Shown here in pieces: positions 10,083-19,640 of a stretch of DNA of 20,000 bases. The stretch spans positions 91,915,743-91,935,742 of the forward strand of contig NC_057718.1 in the NCBI RefSeq assembly GCF_004010195.1. Direction: 5' to 3'. Position numbers and translations under genes: made by a program. The notes beneath the pieces are model-generated. The model was not told the DNA's origin. It made no database searches and worked only from the letters and a program-made list of their open reading frames with translations. The stretch comes from Chiloscyllium plagiosum (taxonomy: Eukaryota). Every line of letters starts with the position of its first letter. Within the stretch, counting starts at the first letter, position 1.

Positions 10083-10391
10083 GGAGGCAGTGATGTAGTG
10101 ACATTGTCAGTATACTAGTAATCTGTGGAAGATGGTGAAATTTGAATTCAATTCAATTAATAAAATCTGGAATACAGATCTGGTCTAATGGGGTGACATG
10201 AAACCACTGTTGATTGGCATAAAAACCAATCCGGTTAAGTAAGGAAAATCTGTCTCTCACTGTTCTGGCATACATGCGACTGCAGCAATGTGGTTGAATC
10301 TTAAGTACCATCTGAAATAACTATCAAATCATCCAGTTGAAACTAACCAATATAAAAGTGTGATGAAAAGGAATTAAACGGAAGGGTAGCC
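10083..10391 (+). mobile_element. tRNA-headed old element, piece 1 (SINE-like head + LINE-like 5' UTR)
   Basis: GGAGGCAGTGATGTAGTG..TGTCAGTATACTAGTAATC..ATGGTGAAATTTGAATTCAAT..TAAAATCTGGAAT..AAGGAAAATCTG..TCTGGCATACATGCGACT..CAATGTGGTTGA is collinear with 11115-11370. It then continues into extra sequence that resumes at 11432. Confidence 0.65.
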
Positions 10392-10399
10392 TTAATACA

Positions 10400-11112
10400 A
10401 GTAATACCAGGGTCTTGAGTAGTGATGTAGAACAGAGGGACCTAGGAGTTCAGATATATAATTCTTTGTAGTTTGTATCACATATATTCAGGGGTGGTTA
10501 AAAAGGCATTTGGCACGCTTGCTCAATGCTTTGACTTGGGAAGTCATGTTAAGGTTGTACAGGATGTTGGTGAGGCCTCTTCTGGAATACTGTGCTCAGT
10601 TCTGGTCTCCCTGTTATAAGAAAGATAGTTAACACTCGAAAGAGTTCAGAAGAGATTTACCAATATGTTGATGAGAATGGAAGGTATACAGAAAAGCTGG
10701 ATAGGATGGGACATTTTTCCACTGGAGCATAGGAGGTTGAGAGGTGACCTGATGTAAATTTATAAAATAATGAGAGGTATAGGTAGAGTTAATGGCAGTT
10801 GTCTTTTCCCGAGGATGGGGGATTTCAAGACTAGGGAGCACATTAAGGTGACAGGAGAGAAAATTAAAACAAGACGTGAGGGGCAATTTTTTGTTTTACA
10901 ATTAGGACGTTCACATGTGAAATCAACTTCTTGAGGAAGTCATTTAAATTCTGGGTACAATTACAATGTTTAAAAGATATTTGATAATTACATGAATAGG
11001 AAAGGTTTGGAGGGCATGGCAGGCAGGTGGGATTAGTTTAGTTTGGGATTACGTTCGGCATGAGCTGGTTGGACTGAAGAGTCTGTTTCCGTGCTGTATT
11101 ACTATAATTCTA
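10400..11112 (+). mobile_element. CR1/HER1-like LINE 3' fragment, plus orientation
   Basis: Encodes EQRDLGVQI, LYRMLVRPLLEYCAQFWSPCYKKD, RVQKRFT and LEHRRLRGDL. The 3' end GGACTGAAGAGTCTGTTTCCGTGCTGTATTACTATAATTCTA is the reverse complement of the ends at 8275 and 15431. Confidence 0.9.
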
Positions 11113-11114
11113 GG

Positions 11115-11431
11115 TAGATGATGGTCTAATGGTAATATTTATAGACTATTAAGTCAGCGACCCAGGTAGTGTTTTGTGGATCTGGGTTTGAATCCCATCA
11201 TGGAAGATGGTGGAATTTGAATCCAATAATAATCTGGAACTAAGAGTCTAATGATGACTATGAAGCCAATTGTCAAGAAAATCCCATCTGGTTCACTAAT
11301 GTCCTTTGAGAAGGAAATCTACTGTCTTTAACAGTCTGGCATAAATGCGACTTCAGATCAATGTGGTTGACGAAAGATGGGCAATAAATATGGCCTAGTC
11401 ATGATGTCCACATCTCATGACAAAATAAAAA
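11115..11431 (+). mobile_element. Old tRNA-headed SINE, near full length with an A-rich tail
   Basis: A-box-like TGGTCTAATGG and B box GGTTTGAATCC. Body collinear with 10083-10330. Tail GATGGGCAATAAATATGGCCTAGTCATGATGTCCACATCTCATGACAAAATAAAAA. Confidence 0.75.
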
Positions 11432-11667
11432 TAGTCCCCTGGCACCAACCAAGCACAGGAAATGATAAGAACAAACCCAACCAAACCTGCAAAGTCCTTC
11501 TTACTAATGGTGCTCATGAACTAAATTGCTATTCCTTCACAGCTGCGAGATCAAAATCCTGGAACTCTCTCCTCAGCAGCACTGTGGGTGTACCTGTAGA
11601 TTGCAGATGTTCAAAAAGGCACTCACCGCCATCTTCTCTCAAGTGTCATTAGAAATGAGCAACAAAT
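11432..11667 (+). mobile_element. tRNA-headed old element, piece 2 (5' UTR joined directly to the LINE 3' end); tail resumes at about 12158-12211
   Basis: CCTGCAAAGTCCTTCTTACTAA is followed immediately by SFTAARSKSWNSLLSSTVG (ORF 11377..11652), an ORF2 C-terminal motif, and then AAATGAGCAACAAAT, which matches the GATGGGCAATAAAT of the SINE tail. Confidence 0.6.
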
Positions 11668-12157
11668 AGAAACACAGGAACAGTAGTAGGCCATTCAATG
11701 CCTCCAGCCTGTTCCACTATTCGATGAGATCATGGTTGATCTACGGCCTCAGTTCACATACCTGCCTTTGGATCGCAACCTTGGAGACCTTCATTTAATA
11801 ATAATTTGTCTCAGCTTTAAAACTAACAACTGATCAAACATCAACAGTCATTCGTGGAAGACAGCTCTAAGCCTCGACCACCCTACATGTGTATCTCTAC
11901 TGAATGGTTTGACCCTAATTTTTAGACTATGCCCCTTAATTCTAGAAACTCACAATCAGCAAGAAAAAAATTATCCACCCCGCATTTTCCTGTTAATATC
12001 TTGAAGATTTAAATTAGATCATCCCTTAACTTTCTAGATTCTAGAGAAAACAGAATTAATTTGCATAAGCTCACCTCATAACTTAATCTAAATTCAGGTA
12101 TCACTCTGGGAACCGAAGTGTACTCTCTCCAAAGCAAATACACCCTTCCTCAGTGTG
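11668..12157 (-). mobile_element. CR1-like LINE 3' fragment (older subfamily, like 2737-3190)
   Basis: Tail AGAAACACAGGAACAGTAGTAGGCCATTCAATGCCTCCAGCCTGTTCCACTATTCGATGAGATCATGGTTGATC. The minus strand encodes decayed LSYEVSLCKLILFSLESRKLRDDLI*IFKILTG. Confidence 0.8.
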
Positions 12158-12294
12158 TGCTAGTTTGGGCATAGCTACAAGACCAACACCCTATGAATGA
12201 ATTTTTTAAAAGTAGGAATAGAAAATCGTTAAGGGCAAACTGCTCTCCAGACATAATTAAAAACGTAAAAATATCCTTCAAAAGATTTTATTTT

Positions 12295-12366
12295 AAGATT
12301 AGATTTGATTCCCTACAGTATGGAAACAGGTCCTTCGACCCAACAAGTCCACACCAACCTTCTGAA
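12295..12366 (-). mobile_element. HE1-like SINE 3' tail only (severely 5'-truncated)
   Basis: AGATTAGATTTGATTCCCTACAGTATGGAAACAGGTCCTTCGACCCAACAAGTCCACACCAACCTTCTGAA is the reverse complement of 2244-2315. Confidence 0.85.
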
Positions 12367-12474
12367 TTTCTTGCTAACTAATCAAAATTTGACACCAAAT
12401 ACTAAAAAAAAATTATTAGAAGGTAGAGGAGCCAGGATGAAAATGGGCAACTATTAAACACTCATGGAAACCCT

Positions 12475-12796
12475 GTATTATGGAAGTAGGCCATTCAACC
12501 CATCGAGGAGGAAGTGAGGACTGCAGATGCTCGGTCTACACTAACCTTCCAAAGAGCATCCCACCCAGACAAACCCCGTTCCTTATCCCCATTGACCTAT
12601 CTAGCACATCCCTGGACACTATGGGCAATTTAGGATGGCCAATCCAGATAGCCTGCACACCTTTGGACATTACAACACCCAGAGGAAACCCAGGCAGACA
12701 CAGGGAAAACATGCAAGCTCCACACAGCCCACAGGTCGAATCAAACCCAGATCCCTGGAGCTGAGGCAGCCGTGCTAACTACTGAGCCACTGTACC
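12475..12796 (-). mobile_element. HE1-like V-SINE, near full length, older and more diverged
   Basis: Reverse complement of the 654-835 + 2170-2320 element: GGGCAATTTAGGATGGCCAATCCA..CCTGCACACCTTTGGAC..GAGGAAACCCA.GCAGACACAGGG..TGCAAGCTCCACACAG..TGAGGCAGCCGTGCTAACTACTGAGCCAC. Confidence 0.85.
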
Positions 12797-12819
12797 TGTT
12801 GCAATTATGATAAACCTAG

Positions 12820-13085
12820 CAAAGTCAGAAAATTGTAAATTCAAGAAGTAATTCCAGAAACTGAGCACATAGTGTATACTGGCACTTGAACCACTGACGT
12901 ATTGCTATCTTGTCAAAGGTGCAATAATTTGCAATGAGACATTAAACTGAAATATTATCTGCCTAATCAGGTGAACGCAGCACCGTCAAAGAACGGCAGG
13001 AACTTCTATGCATCCCAGACAATGTCAACGTTTCAATCAGTACGACAAAAATACATTAATCATTGAGCTTATTTACTGTTGACAA
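12820..13085 (+). mobile_element. Deu-domain SINE (SacSINE1-like), decayed
   Basis: AGTCAGAAAATTGTAAATTCAAG..CCAGAAACTGAGCACA..TGTCAAAGGTGC..ATGAGACATTAAACTGA..TCTGCCTAATCAGGTGAACG. Opposite orientation to 3406-3736. Confidence 0.6.
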
Positions 13086-13799
13086 AATTAAGTATCCAGT
13101 GCCTATTTGATGAATAAGCACAATAAAACCAAGGCAAAGCTCAACCATGAGGCCATTTCACTCATTTGCATTGACACCAGCTGAGGTACTGCCTGGCAGA
13201 TGTGCTGAGTGTTGACATGCTAAATGCTCCAGGCTGAATCGAGCATAGATCAAACATCACTGACTGTCTTCATTTGAATGTTTTAATATCCACTTAAGTG
13301 ATGTAAATAGTTGTCAGAAACTGTTGATGTTCTGAATAGTTGATAACTTGTTTATATTAAAAACCAGTGGCATTTTGACAATGTATTCTATTCTCCTGAT
13401 AGAATTGACAGAAAATCAATTCTGACCATCTAAGATCAACTTTTTGGTTTAACGAGCAACAGAAGTAACAAGGCAGAAAAATACTAAACAACTAGTGCCA
13501 AGCCTGGCTGAAACCTTGTTTAAATACAAAAGGAATAAAGTGCCTGAAACAAGTAATCCTTAGTTCATTTATCCATAACAAGAAACAAGTAGTTTGTATT
13601 TAGAGTCACCTGATCAAGTACCTCAATGTTACCAAGTCATACAGCATCTAGAGCGCATGAACAGGTGACTTAACCCAGTTGGCATAAACCCAGGGTGCAG
13701 TTGCCAAAAGTCTGCTTGAATTAAACATTACCTGCCTGTGGTGTATTTGTTCGTCTAGAAATGAACTCCATAACCTTTTAAGGCCTTATCAGCAGGTAT

Positions 13800-14108
13800 T
13801 GATACTTTTGGCATTTAATGCATCAGTATTCTCAAATGTCTTTGCTGAGTACTCATCAAAGGAACCTTTTTTAAAAAATTCTATCAAAATGGACAGTCTC
13901 ACAATTCACCATACCAAATTTTGTTTGCCATTTATCTTCCAACTCTGTAAGCTTATTTGTACCTTTCTATATCTTAATAAGTTCTCTCATATTAGATATA
14001 TTGTCCCATCTATCATCATCTGCATTTTTTCCACCCTACCTCCAATATTCATGTTCAAATCATTTATGTATGTACAGAAAAACTGAACTCAAAAGGTCCC
14101 TGGAGTAC
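13800..14108 (-). mobile_element. Very old CR1-type reverse-transcriptase fragment
   Basis: The minus strand gives VLQG...YINDLNMNIGGRVEK/(frameshift)ADD and KWQTKFG..CETVHF, matching the RT motifs of the better copies (YINDLD..SKFADD, WQMEFN..KCEVLHFG). Confidence 0.5.
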
Positions 14109-14189
14109 ATATTTCTCATTTCTGCTCGTCTGAAGAAATTCTTTCAGTGGCTACCCAGCTTTCAATTTTTAGTCAATTTTCAATCAACT

Positions 14190-14282
14190 TTGTTCCACTC
14201 TCCACAGATGCTGTAGAACTGCCAAGTTTCTCCAGCATTTTTTGTTGGCTTCAGATTTCGAGTATCCACATTATATTGCCCT
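14190..14282 (+). mobile_element. Penelope-like terminal fragment (same family as 1102-1227)
   Basis: CTCTCCACAGATGCTG..GCCAAGTTTCTCCAGCATTTTTTG..TTCAGATTTCGAGTATCCACATTATATTGC aligns with the reverse complement of 1102-1195. Confidence 0.7.
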
Positions 14283-14344
14283 GATTTCAATCAACAGTTA
14301 CATGTCGACATCTGTCTTGTCCTCAAGCATAAGGGCTGCACAGA

Positions 14345-14595
14345 GACTCATGTGGCTCATTGGCATCTGTCCCTATCTCTGAGATAGGATGCCAGTTGAG
14401 TTCCTACTGCTCCAGAGGTTGTAATAGCATCTAAGAACAGGATGACAGGGCCCTCTTGTGGCACAATAGTGTCCCTACCCCTGACCAGGAAACTCAGGTT
14501 CAATTCCTACCTGCTCCAGAGGTGTACAATAACATCTCTGAACAGGTTGATTAGAAAAAATAGATTTTTAAAAAAACAGGTGATCAGAAAACATC
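14345..14595 (+). mobile_element. Two copies of a short (about 115 bp) tRNA-derived SINE, the second placed in the tail of the first
   Basis: Copy 1 (14345-14445) TGTGGCTCA..TGTCCCTATCTCTGAG..TTCCTACTGCTCCAGAGGTTGTAATAGCATCTAAGAACAGGATGA. Copy 2 (14448-14562) TGTGGCACA..TGTCCCTACCCCTGA..GGTTCAATTCCTACCTGCTCCAGAGGTGTACAATAACATCTCTGAACAGGTTGA, with a canonical B box at 14497-14507. Confidence 0.7.
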
Positions 14596-15294
14596 GAGAC
14601 TTCACATCTACTGCCTTATAAAATGCAGTCATGTTTGTTAAGTCAACAAGCACAGGAGCCAATCTGTCTGTAACAATGAATCACAAGTACTCAATTAAAG
14701 AATTAAAAGTCCATGTTTTTCTGATTTTCATGATAAGGAAAATGTAGCCAAGAACCATTCATTCTTCTCTAACTCGTGCCACAAGATCTTGAATATTCAA
14801 GTGAACAGTTTAATGCCTTATCCAAGGTAGCACTTGCAACAACAGTTCTTCAGGTCTACAGAGGAAAGTCAGCCTGAATTGTGTGTGTGTCCTTAGTGGA
14901 ACCTGAGTTCTTGAGCTCAACCTCAAAAATTGCAGAACCAATTCACCAACCTTTTCCCCAAACCATACAGTCACACATTAGAAGGAAACAGTTTTGCGCA
15001 TTTACAGAGCTGCAAAAATATTTTAACAACAAGGTTTACATCAGGTTTCTCCTCTGATTGCCCTAAGAGAATACTGTTCTACCAATTTCAGTTATTTTAC
15101 AATAGTAGTCTTCTTTACTGGTGCTGAAACGTAACAGTTCTTGGAGAGAGATTTTAAATCCTAATTCCCTATACTTTCAGGTCTTCGGTTAATCTCATAT
15201 TGTAAGCGTACATAAATTGCTTCATCATATTGTGACACCAACACATGATATCATTTTATTCAAGTTATCACAATACAAAGAAAGAAAGTTTCTT

Positions 15295-15430
15295 TCTCGC
15301 ACTTCTGACCTCTCGTATACCTCTATTCTTTGCATTCCACTATAGGCAGCTCAGTCCTCAGCTATATCTTACCAAATCTCAAAGTTTGTTCCTGAAAGTA
15401 CCCTCGTCTCACCCTTTCACAATCTTCACT
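15295..15430 (+). mobile_element. Decayed L2-like LINE 3' fragment, split by the large CR1; resumes at about 17644-17673
   Basis: TTCTGACCTCTCGT..TCCACTATAGGCAGCTCAGTCCTCAGCTAT..CCCTTTCACAATCTTCAC, and on the far side of the CR1 GCCACCCGTTTGACTAAGCCTTTAGTCA. Together these resemble the GGRAFS..FK.LLKT.LFDQAFG end of L2 ORF2. Confidence 0.5.
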
Positions 15431-17643
15431 AGAATCATAGAGTCATAGAGATGTACTGCACGGAAACAGACCCTTCAGTCCAACTCATCCATGCCGACCA
15501 GATATCCTAACCTAATCAAGTCCCGTTTGCCAGCACGTGGCCCATATCCCTCCAAACCCTTCCCAATCGTATACCCATCCAGAAGCTTTATAAATGCGGT
15601 AACTGGACCAGCCTCCACCACTTCCTCTGGCAGCTCATTCCATACACGCATCACCCTCTGCATGAAAAAGTTGCCCTTAGGTCCCTTTTATAACTTTCCC
15701 CTCTCACCCTAAACCTATGCCCTCTAGTACTGGACTCCCCCACTCCAGGGAAAAGACTTTGTCTATTTACCCTATCCATGCCCCTCATAATTTTGTAAAC
15801 CTCTAAGGTCACCCCTCAGCCTCCAATGCTCCAGGAAAAACAGCCCCAGCCTGTTCAGCCCCTCTCTGTAGCTCAAATCCTCCAACCCTAGCAACATCCT
15901 TGTAAAGCTTTTCTGAACCCTTTCAAGTTTCACAACAGCCTTCCGATGGGACGGAGACCAAATTTGCATGCAATATTCCAAATGTCCTATACAAACGCAA
16001 CATGACCTTCCAATCATATACTCAGTGCTCTGATCAATAAGGGAATGCATACCAAATGCCTTCTTCACTATTCAATCTACCTGCGACTCAACTTTCAAGG
16101 AACTATGAACCAGCACTCCAAAGTTTCTTTGTTCAGAGATACTCCTGAGAAGCTTAGCATTAAGTGTTTAAGTTCTGCCCTCATTTGCCTTTCCAAAATG
16201 TAGCACCTCACATTTATCGAAATTATACTCCATCTGCCACTTCTTGGCCCATTGGCCCATCTGATCAAGATCCTGCTGTAATCTGAGGTAACCTTCTTCA
16301 CTTCTAGTACACCTCCAATTTTGGTGTCATCTGCAAACTTACTAACTATACCTCCTAGTTCACATCCAAATTATTTATACAAATGACAAAAACCAGTGGA
16401 TCCAGCACCGATCCTTGTGGCACTCCACTGATCACAGGCCTCCAGTCTGAAAAACAACCCTCCACCACCACCCTCTGTCTTCTATCGTCGAGACAGTTCT
16501 GTATCCAAATGGCTAGTTCTCCCTGTATTCCATGAAATCTAACCTTGCTAATCAGTTTCCCATGGGGAACCTTGTCAAACGCCTTACCAAAGTCCATACA
16601 GATCACATCTACTGCTCTGCCCTAATCAGTCCTCTTTGTTACTTCTTCAAAAATCTCAATCAAGTTCATGAGACATGATTTCCCACGCACAAAGCCATGC
16701 TGACTATTCCTTGCCTTTCCAAATACACGTAAATCCTGTCCCTCAGGATTCCCTCCAACAACTTGCCCACCACCAATGTCAGGCTCACTGGTCTATAGTT
16801 CCCTGGCTTTTCCTTACCTCCTTTCTTAAATAGTGGCACGATGTTAGCCAATCTCCAGTCTTTCGGCACCTCACCTGAGAGTATCGATGATACAAATATC
16901 TCAGTAAGAGACCCAGTATCATTTCCCTAGCTTCCCAAACAGTTCTGGGGTACACCTGATCAGGTCCTGGGGATTTATCCACTTTTATGTGTTTCAAGAT
17001 ATCTAGCACCACCACCTCTGTCATATGGGCATTTTTCAAGATATCACCATCTATTTCCCCACATTCTTTTCTTCCATGCCCTTTTCCACAGTAAACACTG
17101 ATGCAAAATACTTGTTTAGTATCTCCCCCATCTCCTGTAGCTCAACACATAGCCTGCACTGATGATTTTTGAGGGGCCCTATTCTCTTCTAGTTACCCTT
17201 TTGTCCTTAAAATATTTATAAAATCTCTGGATTCTCCTTAACTGCATTTGCCAAAGCTACCTCATGCCCCCTTTTTGTCCTCCTGATTTCCCTCTTAAGT
17301 AGATACTTACTGCATTTATATTCTTCCAAGGATTCTCTCAATCTCTCCTGTCTATACCTGACATATGCTTCCTTCTTTTTCTTAACCAAAACTTCAATTT
17401 CTCTAGTCATCCAGCATTCTCTATTCCCACCAGCTTTTCCTTTCTCCTAACAGGAATATACTGTTATTCCTGGACTTTTGTAATCTCATTTTCCAACCGC
17501 CCCTTCACCTGCGAACAACTGCCCCAATCAGCTTTTGAAAATTCTCGCTAATAGAGTCAAAATTAGCTTCGTCCAATTTAGAACTTCAACAGTTAGATCT
17601 GGTCTACCCTTTTCCATCACTATTTTAAATCTAATAGAATCAT
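15431..17643 (-). mobile_element. CR1/HER1-like LINE, 5'-truncated (about 2.2 kb), frameshifted pseudo-ORF2
   Basis: ORF fragments [65 protein letters not shown] (about 16326-16340), LEYCMQIWSP, LERVQKSFTRML and QRVMRVWNELPEEVVEA. The tail reads AGAATCATAGAGTCATAGAG. TAGAATCAT occurs at both ends. Confidence 0.95.
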
Positions 17644-18024
17644 TAGCCACCCGTTTGACTAAGCCTTTAGTCAAGTGTGTGTATTAAAAAATAGTGACTG
17701 TCAATTAGGATAATAGAATTTTTTTTTAAATAGAGCCACAATCTTTCGTTGTACATAATATGCCAAGTGTGATCTAATCCAGTTTGAACACATTGAATTT
17801 ACTTTCTTATTTTTCCTCAAATTACAATTGCACTTTTTAACTGATTTTGACTGTAACAATTCATTTAAAATAACTACCAGTGATAATCTTCATGAAACTT
17901 TTGTTAGTTATTTATATTCACTCTCAATTACCTTGCTATCCCTTGTTTATTGCTTGCGCTCATAAAAAAAAGATAAGCTAAATAAAAGTGCTAAAATTTT
18001 AAACATTTCCCATAAGATACCATA

Positions 18025-18234
18025 TACTAAAGAGAGGTTACATTGCTCACTACAATTTTTTTTACATTGGAGACTAACTGGTTGTCTCGAATCCAAGTGG
18101 CCCAAAATTCCACTTGCTAGCTGTCGCTACTTACTTCCAGTCTACTACCTAAAGGTGGATTACATTCCTGAACTGCAATTTTTACACTTAAATACCTTTT
18201 AGTCGTCTTGAACCTAAATGGCCCAAAAATCCAC
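18025..18234. repeat. Degenerate direct repeat, about 89-bp units at a 121-bp spacing
   Basis: 18025-18113 vs 18146-18234, for example GTTGTCTCGAATCCAAGTGGCCCAAAATTCCAC vs GTCGTCTTGAACCTAAATGGCCCAAAAATCCAC (27/33 identical), and TTACATTGCTCACTACAATT vs TTACATTCCTGAACTGCAATT. Confidence 0.7.
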
Positions 18235-19253
18235 AAGTCTTTACACTTGCTTTTGCCCACTGGTCTTCCACAGCCCCTCCTCTGCTTGACACTCCCTCTC
18301 TCAAACACCTTCCTTCAGCAGAGCCCCTGGGAAGGACTAAGAAGGCTGATGCAAACAAGGGAGTAGGTGGTGGTTAGTGGGAGCGATCTAGCAAGTAAGA
18401 GAAAGCCAATTTTTGTCCAATTAAACTTCTCTGAAACACCATGCGACATGCTACATCTTAAATTTCAAATACATTTAAAATTTCTATTAACTCCTCTGTA
18501 AAGGTTCACTCTACAGATGTCTTCCTGATGTAAAATATAACCTCTGGGCCCTTTGCCCTAGCCATTAATTCCAAATAGAATTTATTTTGTCACATCTATT
18601 GTTAATCCACCATTCACTGGAGTAACTCAACAATTAATGAAAAACCTGGAAAAACAGAAAAAGACTCAAGCCAATAAAGACAATATTAAATCCAAGTGAA
18701 AATAAGCACCAAGGTGGTCACACATTCATATTTGCCACATGAAAATAAGTTAATATTTTAAATTCCTCTTCAAAATCCTAAAATTGCATTTTACAAGAGA
18801 TTGTAATGGTTTTAATGTCATAAAGGCATGTGATATGAATTACAAAAAGGAAATAGGAAACAAAACAACTTTGGTCTGCATTATAGAGATTATGAAAGTA
18901 AAGGAAGGATGTAACCAAGAAGGAAACCAAAAATAATAGGATTATGAAAAGCTAAAAGGTTAGAACCAACATTGAGGGACTAAAATAAATGAACTGCACC
19001 AATGCTTTATGCAAACTTTCCCAAATGAATGTTAGTATTCTACATTAACAAAAATCAACTACAGACATTTATGTTGCATATAGTCAATGCCATTTAAGAA
19101 AATGTAACTTGCGACCTTAAAAGATAAAACACTGTATAAATTACAGGGAGAAAAATTAATTTGAGTAAAGATCACACCTTATCATAATCATGCAGAGTTT
19201 ACAAATTGCTCCACGATTTGCAAATATGAAAGAAATATACCACTTTTTCTTAC

Positions 19254-19311
19254 CTATGCTGTGAAATTGCCATCTGTTGTTGATTTTCTCAGGAAGAAGT
19301 TGAAGTATTTT
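19254..19311 (-). CDS. RALGAPA2: Ral GTPase-activating protein alpha subunit, coding exon (probably exon 4), [19 protein letters not shown](G)
   Basis: Minus-strand acceptor ...ttatcttgaacAG| and donor |GTaaga. 58 nt = 19 codons + 1 nt, phase-compatible with the next exon (g+gc = Gly). The peptide matches the RalGAP-alpha N-terminal motif KILQxLPExIxxRWxxxSIG as I recall it from human RALGAPA1/2. Confidence 0.93.
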
Positions 19312-19384
19312 CTGTTCAAGATAAATTTCAAGTACAAATTAAGATCATGTTTCAGTATAACATGAAATTCAAAGCTTCGGATAC

Positions 19385-19640
19385 AGTCATGAAGTCGTCT
19401 GCAGGAGGCTGTTTGGACCAGTTGTCTACATTCGCCCTGTAAAACCGCACAGTTAACCTTCTTCCCCTGTTCTGTTCACATGGCCCTGCAGGTTTATTGC
19501 CTTCAAATATCCATCCAATTTCCTTTTGAAATGCTAGCTTACACCACCCAAGTTGGCACGAGTTCCAAATCTTTACCACACAATGTGTTAAAAAGTTCCT
19601 TCTCACAATCCCCTTGCATCTTTTACCTAGTATCAACAAT
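19385..19640 (-). mobile_element. Old CR1-like LINE 3' end
   Basis: ORF 19352..19669(-) contains LLILGKRCKGIVRRNFLTHCVVKIWNS..AFQKEIG, a decayed form of the CR1 C-terminus (R.NFFTQRVV..WN.LP). Confidence 0.65.

Noticed and set aside
15431..17643. Possible active reverse transcriptase or domesticated RT gene
   Set aside because: 5'-truncated and broken by many frameshifts, stops and small deletions.
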